From a virus (taxonomy: Duplodnaviria; Caudoviricetes), in the IMG/VR virus record IMGVR_UViG_3300030061_001980, positions 1-29,270 of that record: a DNA stretch of 29,270 bases; one strand, 5' to 3'. Positions 1 to 9,517 of the stretch are shown piece after piece. Within the stretch, counting starts at the first letter, position 1. Every line of letters starts with the position of its first letter. The translations under genes and the position numbers were made by a program. The notes under the pieces are model-generated. The model searched no databases. It was not told the origin of the DNA and saw only the letters and a program-made list of their open reading frames with translations.

Positions 1-2
1 CT

Positions 3-1049
3 AAATTACAAAAACACGGTATGAGAAGTATGATTATATTAGATGAGAGTACATCTATAAAAAATTTAAGAGCATCAAGATCTAAAGCTATAATTAAATT
101 AGGTCAACTTGCTAGATATAAAAGAATTCTTACAGGTTCTCCTATTACTAAGTCTCCATTAGATTTGTTTTCACAATGTGCGTTCTTAGATAAGAAGTTA
201 TTAGGGTATGATAATTATACAGTATTCAAAGCTAAGTATGCAGTTATGTTTAGTATAGAACGGGGTGGGTACAATATACAAATACCAAAGTATTATGTAA
301 ATCTTGAAGAGCTAGAATATAAACTAAAAAACTTTTCATATAGAGTACGAAAAAAAGATTGTCTAGATTTACCCGAGAAGATGTATGTTCAAAGATATGT
401 AGATCTACCGGATGAACAAAGAAAAGCCTATGAACAATTGAAAGAATCTGCTTTAATGATCTTGAGAGATGCAGAGGTATCTTACAATAATAAACTTACT
501 GAACTACTTAAGCTACAACAAGTAGCTAATGGCTTTGTCAAAACAAATGAAGGGGACATTGTAGATTTTAAAACTAATGCCAAGCTAACAGAGCTTATGA
601 ATATAATAGGAGAGACAGAAGACAAGTGTATTATCTGGGCTAACTATGTTCATAATATTGAAAGCATTAAAAAAAAATTAGCTGAGACTTATGGTGTAGA
701 CTCAGTCGTATCTATTTATGGTAAAGACTCAGTTGACGCTCGTAATCAAGCAGTTGAAAAATTCCAAAATAAAGAAGAGTGTAGATTCTTAGTAGGTAAC
801 CCAACAGTAGGTGGATATGGTTTAACACTGACTGCTGCTAAGTATGTTATCTATTTTAGTAACTCTTATAATCTTGAAGTAAGACAACAAAGTGAAGATA
901 GGGCTCATAGAATAGGACAGAAGTCTCAAGTAACTTATATTGATATAATTTGTAGAGATACAATAGATCAAATGGTATTACACAATCTTGAAAACAAAAT
1001 TGAATTATCTGCTAAGACTCTTGGGGAACAGGTTCAGAAGTGGCTTTAG
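3..1049 (+). CDS. SNF2-family (SF2) helicase, 5'-truncated by the window edge
   Basis: IILDESTSIKN (Walker B-like), LTGSP (motif III), GGYGLTLTAA (motif V), QSEDRAHRIGQ (motif VI). The frame is open upstream of the ATG at 21 to the window start. Confidence 0.92.
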   Translation, partial: KLQKHGMRSMIILDESTSIKNLRASRSKAIIKLGQLARYKRILTGSPITKSPLDLFSQCAFLDKKLLGYDNYTVFKAKYAVMFSIERGGYNIQIPKYYVNLEELEYKLKNFSYRVRKKDCLDLPEKMYVQRYVDLPDEQRKAYEQLKESALMILRDAEVSYNNKLTELLKLQQVANGFVKTNEGDIVDFKTNAKLTELMNIIGETEDKCIIWANYVHNIESIKKKLAETYGVDSVVSIYGKDSVDARNQAVEKFQNKEECRFLVGNPTVGGYGLTLTAAKYVIYFSNSYNLEVRQQSEDRAHRIGQKSQVTYIDIICRDTIDQMVLHNLENKIELSAKTLGEQVQKWL

Positions 1050-1752
1050 TTTTATGATATCGTTCTACTCTCTCTAACCATTTCTCTTCATACTCTTTTA
1101 ATTTATTTTCATTCATTTTAAATTCTTGATAAACTTTATCTTTAGTACAGATACATATTAATCCTTGTGTTATAGGACCATACTGTTTCTTATGTGCTAA
1201 TGAGTATGCACAGATTTGATAGTAATAATCTTCTACATACTCTTCTCTTTTTAATTTGTTTGATTGCTTGAAGTCAATGATCGTAGGTTGATCATCATAC
1301 AAACCAACTACATCTGTTGCACCTGCCCATCTATCTTCGTATGCAAGACTAACTTCATTACCCCATACTTCTTTTAATTTACCTAGGTTGTCTACAATTT
1401 CGTGAGCCATAAGTCGTGGTAAGGCACCCTCTGGTGACAGATTAATATAACCTCTTCCATCAATATAATTCTCAAGAACATAATGCATCTCAGTTCCTCT
1501 AGTTGCAGCTTGGTTAGTTATTCTTTGTGCTTCTTGATAACCGACTCTTTCTCGCCAAGCATCAAGTCCAGCTTTCTTATCTTCTGATTGTGTAGCTGAT
1601 AATATAGTAGTTACTGATGGTATTTTTATGTCTCCAACATTATAGTGCCGTGAGCCGAGGTCATTGTCTCTAGTATACTTAGCATAGTCGTATTTCTTTT
1701 CGAGTTTTAAGTCGGTAATATAAAATGAATTATTTTCTCTAACAAGACGCAC
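1012..1752 (-). CDS. PD-(D/E)XK exonuclease (lambda-exo/MGME1-like)
   Basis: PSVTTILS, RGTEMH, E..L...WAGATD, IIDFKQS and YYYQICAY motifs. GTG start. Confidence 0.88.
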   Translation of the reverse strand: MRLVRENNSFYITDLKLEKKYDYAKYTRDNDLGSRHYNVGDIKIPSVTTILSATQSEDKKAGLDAWRERVGYQEAQRITNQAATRGTEMHYVLENYIDGRGYINLSPEGALPRLMAHEIVDNLGKLKEVWGNEVSLAYEDRWAGATDVVGLYDDQPTIIDFKQSNKLKREEYVEDYYYQICAYSLAHKKQYGPITQGLICICTKDKVYQEFKMNENKLKEYEEKWLERVERYHKTKATSEPVPQES

Positions 1753-1760
1753 AAGGTCTT

Positions 1761-1976
1761 TTAGTTTAATTTCAAAATAAGAGCAACAATTATTCCTAGC
1801 ATTGTTGTCATTAAAAATCCTGTAGATGCTATCATTATTTTTTCAAGTCTATGTATATCTTGATGAACATCATTTATTTTTCTATTAGTTTCTTCTTGCA
1901 TAATTCTACATAACTTCTCATGGTCATCCATTCTTTGATGAGCGAGTATATCTTTACTAGAAGCTTTTTTTGGCAC
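1761..1976 (-). CDS. Small membrane protein with coiled coil and C-terminal TM (XhlA/holin-like)
   Basis: HEKLC...RLEK followed by hydrophobic IMIASTGFLMTTMLGIIVALIL. Confidence 0.6.
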   Translation of the reverse strand: MPKKASSKDILAHQRMDDHEKLCRIMQEETNRKINDVHQDIHRLEKIMIASTGFLMTTMLGIIVALILKLN

Positions 1977-4584
1977 TGACTATCCCTCCCTTATTAAAAA
2001 GGTTTAGGGCCTGTGCTAGTTCTGTATTTGATTGTCCACCCATAGGTAAACTAGATGGTGTTACATTTGGTAAAGGAATATCAGATCCAGATCTTACTAT
2101 TGATCCTGCTCGTTGTCCTGTACCTTGTTGTTGTACTCCAGATTGTAAGTATGGATCTATTTCTATTGCAGGGGCATTCTCTGGATCAAATTCTCTTTTG
2201 GCAGGAGCACCTGGCATAACACCCGTTTTAAAATATTGTTCATAAGCTTCTTTGTTTCCTTGCACTTTGTCCATAGCTGCCTTAGCTTCTACAGGACCTA
2301 CAATACCTTCTGCAACTAAAGCACTACCTAATTGTCCAACATATCTAGTTAGCTTTTCATAACTATCAATTCCTTTACTACCTTTACCTAGACCTTCAAT
2401 TAATGCTCTAGTTGTTGCAGGTCTAGACATTGCATAAGCTAAACCAGCAGGACCTAATACAAAAAATGTTGCAGCACCTGGATCGATTGTACCTGTACCA
2501 AAACCAACTACACCAACTATTTGTGATAATGCACCAGCTTGTTTCATCTGTACAAGCATGTCTCCACTTGTTCCTGCTGCACCTGGTGGTTTTATTTTAC
2601 CTTCAATTAATTGTAATCTTCTAACATAATCCTTTATGCCTTTTATTTGACTGTCTTTAAGAAAACCTACTGGTAATCCTGTTTTAGGATCATTTCCAAA
2701 TAACCAATCATAGTCTTTCATAAATTTTTCTGCTTTAGGAACACTAAGTTTGTAATACTGTCCTGATTTATCAACACTATTTCTTAAAAAATCTTTGAAG
2801 AACTGTCCTTGTAATGCTCCTTGAATTGCTTCTCTTTGAGGAAATAAATCATATTGTTTTCCTCCAGCATTTATTTTACCATCTTTTAAACTTTTTTGAA
2901 AAGCTCTAAAGTAACTTGGCTTACCTGCACCAATAATATTTTTATATAATCTTTCTTGACCAAAGTCAGTTTTTAATAAATCACTTACAACTTTACCTTC
3001 GAATGCCCTTCCTCCTAATCTTGTAAAATCTGAAGCAGCTCTTCTTGCTCCATTTACTGAAGCTGGTAAAGGAGAGTTTGCTAACATAGATTCCAGTCTT
3101 TTTAATATCTCGGCTTGAACCGACTTTGCTCTTCCTAATGGTCTCATTCCTCCTATTTCTTCATAGGCAACTCTAAAAGTATTGTAATCTGCTTCATCAC
3201 CCATTCTAGTTAAAACTCCTAACATTGTAGTTACGTCTGGATTATCAGGAACTATATTATCCTTTGTAGCTTGTTTTATGTAAGTATTTAAATTACTAAC
3301 TACCTCATCTTTACCTAAATATGAATTATAAACATTTATTTTTGCCGGTACTTCAGGGCCTCTAATTTTTACATTGAATGCAGGATCATACGAACCATCA
3401 GCTCTTCTTGTAGCTTTGTTTACACCATCTGCTAATTGATTCCATAATTTATCCTTCCCTCTTTGATAAATTTTTTGGCCACCTATAATTTGTCCATTTA
3501 AAAAAGCAGTTACACCATCTGCAGCAGTATCATAGTCTATCTTTGGTAAGTCCTTTGTTAATACTTTTGTAAAATTATCAATAGATTCAATTGTCATTAA
3601 TCTACTTAAACCTTCTGTTTGTCTAATAAACGCACCACCACCAATAGAGGCAGCAGACAGTGAACTAGCTAATTCAACACCAGATTGTTCTGTAACTTTA
3701 CCTGCAATAATATTAGCATCTTCAAATTTATATTTACCTCTTTTTACATTAAAGAAATCTGGGTTAGCTTTTTGTGCACTTAAAAATGCATCATCAATTA
3801 ATTCTGTACTTTCTAAAATAGTTCTTTGTTCTGGTGTTATAAAAACTTTTTGTGATTCATCTGATAATTTATCTAATACTTCTTTACTTGGTAGTTTTCC
3901 TGTTTCTTTAAACTTAGCAACTTCCTTGTAAAATAATTTATCTCCATCTAAACCTCTAATAACATCTTGAGCACCATCAATTGTTTTTAAAGAAAATCCT
4001 GTAACCTTGTTGTATGTTTTAGCTAAGGCTCCTGCCATACCAAAACCAAGTAGTTCACCAAAAGCACCTTGAGCTGTACCTCTTGCAACTTCTCTTACAA
4101 TACTTTCTTTAGGATCAAATGTTTGAGATATAGCTGCACCAGCTCCACCCCCTAATCCAGCACCGGTCACACCTCCGATTAATCTTTGTTTATTTTTACT
4201 TAAATTTAAAAGTGGTCTTGCTATTCTAGCAACTCTTGCTGCCATTAAACCTGTACCCACTAAAGAAGATCCTCCTGTAAAAGGAGCTGCCGCAACACCT
4301 GCAATACCACCAGCGATAGATAAACCTACCTCTGTTACTATTCTCATAAAGTCTGGGCTTGCTAAAAAACTTTCTGTATCTTTGTTGTACTTTCCTTTTT
4401 GTGCATCAGATAAAACATCTTCAGGAGTAATCATAAGTTTCATCTCATCATCAAAACTTAGTCCTCCATCTTTACCTGTAGCACCTTTAGCTGCTAAAAC
4501 AGAATCGATAGCTACTTGTTCTTTAGGAGTAGGCTCAGTCCCTTTAATTTTAAATGTGTTTCCTTGTACAACTATCTCTGCCAT
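1957..4584 (-). CDS. Large internal virion/DNA ejection-like protein
   Basis: 875 aa with Gly/Ala-rich hydrophobic segments, last of three such genes at the end of the morphogenesis operon. The function is inferred from position and composition. Confidence 0.6.
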   Translation of the reverse strand: MAEIVVQGNTFKIKGTEPTPKEQVAIDSVLAAKGATGKDGGLSFDDEMKLMITPEDVLSDAQKGKYNKDTESFLASPDFMRIVTEVGLSIAGGIAGVAAAPFTGGSSLVGTGLMAARVARIARPLLNLSKNKQRLIGGVTGAGLGGGAGAAISQTFDPKESIVREVARGTAQGAFGELLGFGMAGALAKTYNKVTGFSLKTIDGAQDVIRGLDGDKLFYKEVAKFKETGKLPSKEVLDKLSDESQKVFITPEQRTILESTELIDDAFLSAQKANPDFFNVKRGKYKFEDANIIAGKVTEQSGVELASSLSAASIGGGAFIRQTEGLSRLMTIESIDNFTKVLTKDLPKIDYDTAADGVTAFLNGQIIGGQKIYQRGKDKLWNQLADGVNKATRRADGSYDPAFNVKIRGPEVPAKINVYNSYLGKDEVVSNLNTYIKQATKDNIVPDNPDVTTMLGVLTRMGDEADYNTFRVAYEEIGGMRPLGRAKSVQAEILKRLESMLANSPLPASVNGARRAASDFTRLGGRAFEGKVVSDLLKTDFGQERLYKNIIGAGKPSYFRAFQKSLKDGKINAGGKQYDLFPQREAIQGALQGQFFKDFLRNSVDKSGQYYKLSVPKAEKFMKDYDWLFGNDPKTGLPVGFLKDSQIKGIKDYVRRLQLIEGKIKPPGAAGTSGDMLVQMKQAGALSQIVGVVGFGTGTIDPGAATFFVLGPAGLAYAMSRPATTRALIEGLGKGSKGIDSYEKLTRYVGQLGSALVAEGIVGPVEAKAAMDKVQGNKEAYEQYFKTGVMPGAPAKREFDPENAPAIEIDPYLQSGVQQQGTGQRAGSIVRSGSDIPLPNVTPSSLPMGGQSNTELAQALNLFNKGGIVSAKKSF

Positions 4585-4592
4585 ATAAATCC

Positions 4593-5456
4593 TTAATTTG
4601 CACTAACATCGTATTTGTTACCATCGTATTGTTTAATACTAACACCTTCACTTAAATCTACATAGTTAGAGGCACCTCTTCCAGAAGCCTCCATAATCTC
4701 AAGTGCAGTTGTAAAGTCTGCATTATTATCTTCTGCAATTGCAATAGCATCTGCAAAGTAACTATCTAATGCTTGTAGCTTTGCTTCAAATGTAGCTTCA
4801 GTATCACCTACCTGTGGAATAAGTTTTGTAATTCTTTCTGCTTCTTGTTCTGATACTGCAGCACCAGAGATTGCTTGTGTAACGAATGATGTTGCTTGTT
4901 GTATTCTACTTTTAAAAGCACCGTAGTCTTTTGAAAATTGTGAGCCACCTACTTTACCAATCGATGCTCTAATTCTTGATAGATCACCAAATCCTACAGG
5001 CTTACCTAATTTATAATAGTCATCACCTATTCTAGATAAAATAGTTCTTACTCTTTTACTTCCTTGAATTTGTTTTACAGATTCTGCTGATGGTTTAGAT
5101 ACAACAGTTATCTTTCCCTTACCATCTATTTGAGCAACAGATCCTTTTGGTAAATTATATTGTACTAATTCTTCATCTGTTAAGGTACGAGAACGATCTA
5201 ATCCTGTTCCTTTTTGTTTTTCTACAGATAAAATAGTAGCCGGAAGTTTACTAACTCCTTCCCCTAATGCTGTTAATGCAGGAGCAATTCCTGATCCTTT
5301 TGCTTGAAGTAATGGTGCAGCCAAAGTTGCTGCATAAATAGCTTTTTCTTTAGGAGTTAGCCCAGTTATACCTCCTGTTTGAAAATGTTTTATAGTTGGC
5401 TTCAATGACTTGAAGTATCTATCTTTAAACATTTTTCTTGTTAATACTTTATCCAT
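4593..5456 (-). CDS. Putative internal virion/ejection protein
   Basis: 287 aa with an SGAAVSEQEAERI..LIP segment typical of podovirus ejection proteins, and fitting synteny. Confidence 0.55.
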   Translation of the reverse strand: MDKVLTRKMFKDRYFKSLKPTIKHFQTGGITGLTPKEKAIYAATLAAPLLQAKGSGIAPALTALGEGVSKLPATILSVEKQKGTGLDRSRTLTDEELVQYNLPKGSVAQIDGKGKITVVSKPSAESVKQIQGSKRVRTILSRIGDDYYKLGKPVGFGDLSRIRASIGKVGGSQFSKDYGAFKSRIQQATSFVTQAISGAAVSEQEAERITKLIPQVGDTEATFEAKLQALDSYFADAIAIAEDNNADFTTALEIMEASGRGASNYVDLSEGVSIKQYDGNKYDVSAN

Positions 5457-5458
5457 GA

Positions 5459-6319
5459 CTACCTCGGTTGCATCATGTTATAAGCAGAATATCCTGCTAA
5501 ACCAGTTCCCACTGCTTGTGCTAACGGATTAGCTCCGGGAGCCGTGGTTGCTGTAAGTGTACTCTGTGTAGTAGGTAAATTAGTCATAATACCTTTTAAG
5601 AACTCAACTCTTTGATATGGCTCGTATGCTCTTTGTAATGCAGTTTGTCTTTGAGCTTGAAGAGCTTGTTGTCCAATACCTCTTTGTAATGCACCTGCTT
5701 GCATTTGAGTATTTATATCAGCTAAAGACATCGCTTGTTGTTGGGCACCCAATTGGCCTAACCCTTGGCCTGCAGCTAATTGTGTTGAAGTTTGTAAACC
5801 TTGTTGTTGTTGTGCTGCACCTAATGCAGTTTGAAATCCTGCTGCTTGTGCTTGACCCATAGCCTCTAAAGTTCTTTTTTGTAATTCTGCTTGTTGTACA
5901 CCTTCTCTACCACCACCAAAAGCTCCTGCATTCACAGCGTTAGCAGCTAATTGATTTTGAGCCATCAATCCTTGTCTTCCAATTTCATTAGTTACATATT
6001 GTTGGTAAGGGTTTAAAAATTGATTTATGTTTGGTCCCGCTGCAGCAGTTTGTTGTGCTCCAGTAAATGCACCAATACCAGATGTAACTGAACCAGCACC
6101 AACACCTGTTTGACCTGCTTGTGTAATACCTGCTCGCTCTAAAGGACTTAGAGGTGCAACTTGAATTCCTGGAAGATTAACTGGATTCTTAGCTAAGTTT
6201 GCAGCTTCGTCATATAAGGCTAGTTTTCTAGCCTCTACTCCTGGTGCTTCTCTTGCAATACTAGTTTGTGTTCCTGTAGAGCCTGAACCACCTCCACCTC
6301 CACCACTGAATATACTCAT
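5459..6319 (-). CDS. Putative DNA pilot/ejection protein
   Basis: Gln/Ala/Gly-rich, with FLNPYQQYV, GAFGGGREGV and a C-terminal LAQAVGTGLAGY helix. Confidence 0.6.
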   Translation of the reverse strand: MSIFSGGGGGGSGSTGTQTSIAREAPGVEARKLALYDEAANLAKNPVNLPGIQVAPLSPLERAGITQAGQTGVGAGSVTSGIGAFTGAQQTAAAGPNINQFLNPYQQYVTNEIGRQGLMAQNQLAANAVNAGAFGGGREGVQQAELQKRTLEAMGQAQAAGFQTALGAAQQQQGLQTSTQLAAGQGLGQLGAQQQAMSLADINTQMQAGALQRGIGQQALQAQRQTALQRAYEPYQRVEFLKGIMTNLPTTQSTLTATTAPGANPLAQAVGTGLAGYSAYNMMQPR

Positions 6320-6777
6320 TAGTTTAACTCCTTTTCAAATTCAATATGTCTAGACTTAAAACCATATTTTGGCATAACTTTTTTATATCCTGGTCTCATA
6401 TAAGCTTTGACTTTTTTACAACCATTTACCCTAGCAAAAGTTTCTAAAGTATTAATTAATTTTTCTTCCCATAAATTCATTTTTTTACCAGTACAAATTA
6501 ATCCTTGTAATTCCTTAAAGTTTGGGTTCTCAAATACTCGAGTTGTTACAACACCATAAACTTTATTAGATTCATCCCCCTCTGATCCAAATACTAAAAA
6601 CAATTGGTTGTCTCCAGATAAAAGTAATTCTTTAATATCATTAGGCTCTGCATAACCTCCACTGTAAACTAAAGCTTCTTTAATCATAAAATGAACTAAA
6701 TCCCAAATATCCTCTACCTTAGAAGGAATAATGTGTAATACTTCAATATTGTTTTTAACTATCTTTTGTGCTTGCAT
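6319..6777 (-). CDS. GNAT-fold acetyltransferase-like virion assembly protein
   Basis: LETFARVNGCKKVKAYMRPGYKKVMPKYGF resembles a GNAT C-terminus. It lies just upstream of the ejection genes. Confidence 0.55.
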   Translation of the reverse strand: MQAQKIVKNNIEVLHIIPSKVEDIWDLVHFMIKEALVYSGGYAEPNDIKELLLSGDNQLFLVFGSEGDESNKVYGVVTTRVFENPNFKELQGLICTGKKMNLWEEKLINTLETFARVNGCKKVKAYMRPGYKKVMPKYGFKSRHIEFEKELN

Positions 6778-7693
6778 CGACTAAATCATAAATTCGTTTT
6801 AATTTTTTTTGTTGATCATAAAAGAAACTAGCACCTGCTTTTCTCATGCTTTTATAACTTTTAGGATCTCCCCCAGATAAAATACCTGCACCTAAAACAG
6901 CGTCAGCTCTAGATACAAATTCTCCATCAGCTAATTGTGCAAGCATTGTATCTTCATCCTTGTCACCATTACCTGCACCATCTTCAACATAACCTTTAGC
7001 TCTAACATAATTGTTGTAATCGTTTTCGTTATGGTCTGTTTTAGATGGTAAATAATTAACTCCACCTTGATTAAACTTTTTTACTGCAGTAGCTAAACCA
7101 CCTTGATTTGCATAAAACATATTAGATCCATAAGTCTCATCTCTTGTTGGCATAGTGTTTTCTGCAGGTGTAAAGGCACCTTTTAATTTAGCAGATTGTT
7201 CTCCATATGCTTTAGCGTAATCTTCTTCAGTAAATGGTGGATCTACTTCCTCTTCTTCTTGTAATAAAGGTAAAACACTTGAAGCTATAATAGCTGTTTG
7301 GAATGGATTTTCTTTTGCTTTTTTTAATAAGTTAGCAGCTATACCTTTTTTTTCTGCTGCCTCTACTACATTTAATCCAGATAATTCTCCACCTCTTGAT
7401 ACAATATCATTACCAAATTTATCTACACCTATAACTGTACCTTCAGGCATGTTTGCTTTATTTAAAAAACTTGTACCTAAATTTCCTTTAGGCATAGGTG
7501 CTACTGGCTGTGCTCCTCCTAATCCAATACTAGATAATGGAGCATTTTGAAATGATGCAGGCCCAATGCCTGATGCCCCTAATGCATAAGAACCACCACC
7601 AATTAAGGCAGCATCTCTTAATGCTCTCTTTGTTGATTTACCTCTAAGTTTTTGTACACCAAATGTGGCTAATGCTAATGTAAATGGATCCAT
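6755..7693 (-). CDS. Putative internal virion protein
   Basis: Hydrophobic Gly-rich N-terminus and a C-terminal G.G....D...AQLADGEFV..ADAV module. Confidence 0.55.
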   Translation of the reverse strand: MDPFTLALATFGVQKLRGKSTKRALRDAALIGGGSYALGASGIGPASFQNAPLSSIGLGGAQPVAPMPKGNLGTSFLNKANMPEGTVIGVDKFGNDIVSRGGELSGLNVVEAAEKKGIAANLLKKAKENPFQTAIIASSVLPLLQEEEEVDPPFTEEDYAKAYGEQSAKLKGAFTPAENTMPTRDETYGSNMFYANQGGLATAVKKFNQGGVNYLPSKTDHNENDYNNYVRAKGYVEDGAGNGDKDEDTMLAQLADGEFVSRADAVLGAGILSGGDPKSYKSMRKAGASFFYDQQKKLKRIYDLVDASTKDS

Positions 7694-7717
7694 AGTCTAT
7701 TTTCCTAATAATAGCAT

Positions 7718-7746
7718 ATAGTATCATTTTACTTGTTAGGTTTCAA
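7718..7746 (-). promoter_or_regulatory. Sigma70-like promoter for the internal-protein genes
   Basis: TTGAAA (7741-7746), 17 nt spacer ending in TGA, then TACTAT (7718-7723), an extended -10. Confidence 0.6.
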
Positions 7747-8601
7747 CTCATCTACAAAACGTCCTTCATATTGGTGTTCCCCAACATGTATAATTTTGTC
7801 AGTAATAAAGGCATAGCATTTACCACCTATGTCCTTCCAGAGCTTACAGAATGAAAAGTCTTCTCCTAGATATGTCTTTGTTTCTGGGTCATGTATACAA
7901 TCAAAAAAGTTCCACATGTGAGGTTTATCTACATAGGCTCCATTAATTACATTTTTTTGTACAATAGCTTTTTCTGGATAATGTTTTATTAACTTATCAA
8001 ATACAGATCTTTTAATCATCATACATCCTGTTGGGCTGTGAGTTACCTCTATAACCCCATCATTAATCTTTATATTGTTATCGTTTTCAACTCTCATTGG
8101 ATAAGTATTAAAAGAACTTTTTAAATCATTTATATTTTTTATTTCATTGTTTTTAATCCTTTCCATAGTCTTGTCCCACATAATAGTTTTTAAGGGATAT
8201 GGTATAGATATTATATCCTTGTCTAATTCCAACATTTTAAAAATAGACTTAGAGTTAAAATATATATCTGAATCTATAAATACCATATGGGTGTAATTAG
8301 ATTCTAAAAAACCAGCTACACACAAGTTTCTACCCTGTGTCACTAATGATGATTTTACTAGTGAAAAATTTACTTTTATTTTCTTTTCAAAGCAGAGTTT
8401 TTGGAACTCTAACAAGGCTTGTGTATAATGAATTGAACACTCACTGTGTACTGGGGTAGCAATATTTATTGATATACCAGAATACTCTGAGCTAGTATCT
8501 TTTGGTTTCCACATAGGAGCAATAGCTTTTTCATGAGTTGCTGAATTTACTTTTACTTCTTTAAGTGTTTGATAAGTATCTTTATTTATTGTTTCTTTCA
8601 C
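7729..8601 (-). CDS. GT-A fold (GT2-like) glycosyltransferase
   Basis: IATPV, SLVTQGRN, MVFIDSD (DxD), TGCMMIKRSVF, GEDFSFC and HVG motifs. Confidence 0.85.
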   Translation of the reverse strand: MKETINKDTYQTLKEVKVNSATHEKAIAPMWKPKDTSSEYSGISINIATPVHSECSIHYTQALLEFQKLCFEKKIKVNFSLVKSSLVTQGRNLCVAGFLESNYTHMVFIDSDIYFNSKSIFKMLELDKDIISIPYPLKTIMWDKTMERIKNNEIKNINDLKSSFNTYPMRVENDNNIKINDGVIEVTHSPTGCMMIKRSVFDKLIKHYPEKAIVQKNVINGAYVDKPHMWNFFDCIHDPETKTYLGEDFSFCKLWKDIGGKCYAFITDKIIHVGEHQYEGRFVDELKPNK

Positions 8602-9517
8602 TAAGGGCTCCTTTCAAAAAACCTGTCCATTCATTTCCCTTTTTTTCCCAACTGTAAAATCTTTTATAAAACTTCTGTTGTTCTTCTAAATGTTCTTGCA
8701 TAAATTCAGTATGTAAATAATTAGCAGCAATCTCTATAGCACTTCCTGTAGCTATACCCATACTTTCATAATCATTACTATAATTTATATATACTGGCCA
8801 TTCTGCACATGTTTCGTATAATGCTCCAAAGTTATTTGTAATTACATGAACTCCAGAAGCCAAAGCCTCTAAAGCTGATGCACAAGAAGTTTCTTCAAAT
8901 ATAGATGGATAAACAAACATATCATAAGTAGGCATCTTTTCTAAAATATATTCATTTGGTTTATACCCAATATAATTTACATTAGGTAATTTTTTAGCTT
9001 GTTCATATAAGGGTTCAAATCTTTCATCAAAATCTTTTTTAAATTCATCACCATAAACTTCTGTTGAACTATAAATATCCATTATAATGTTAGGGTTTTT
9101 TATTTCTTGCATTGCACGAAGAACAACATTTAATCCTCTCCATGGTGTACAGTGGTGTATTAATTTTACAGGATCTCCTTTTTTATAAATTTTTCTTTTT
9201 GGAAAATTATCAATACCATTTTTTATTACAATAGATCTTTCTGTTGGGATATCATGAAAGTATCTAAATTTTTCATAATTCCAATGACTATTAAATACAT
9301 ACCAATCATATTCTTCATGACGAGATTTATTAGAAAAAAAAGGTTGTAAGTTTCCTTGATCCCAAGAATTTTTTTGCCAAAGAATATTTAATTTATTTGG
9401 ATCAATTGGAACCTTACCAGGTATAGATGTACATATTTGTACTTGATCTAATAACTCTTTTGAAACATGTTTCTCCAACAGTTCCATTTGTATTTCAGTA
9501 GCACCTCTAGGTTTCAT
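8582..9517 (-). CDS. GT-B fold (GT4-like) glycosyltransferase
   Basis: VFNS, VIKNGID, PWRGL, and FVYPSIFEETSCASALEALASG carrying the E-x7-E signature. Confidence 0.88.
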   Translation of the reverse strand: MKPRGATEIQMELLEKHVSKELLDQVQICTSIPGKVPIDPNKLNILWQKNSWDQGNLQPFFSNKSRHEEYDWYVFNSHWNYEKFRYFHDIPTERSIVIKNGIDNFPKRKIYKKGDPVKLIHHCTPWRGLNVVLRAMQEIKNPNIIMDIYSSTEVYGDEFKKDFDERFEPLYEQAKKLPNVNYIGYKPNEYILEKMPTYDMFVYPSIFEETSCASALEALASGVHVITNNFGALYETCAEWPVYINYSNDYESMGIATGSAIEIAANYLHTEFMQEHLEEQQKFYKRFYSWEKKGNEWTGFLKGALSERNNK

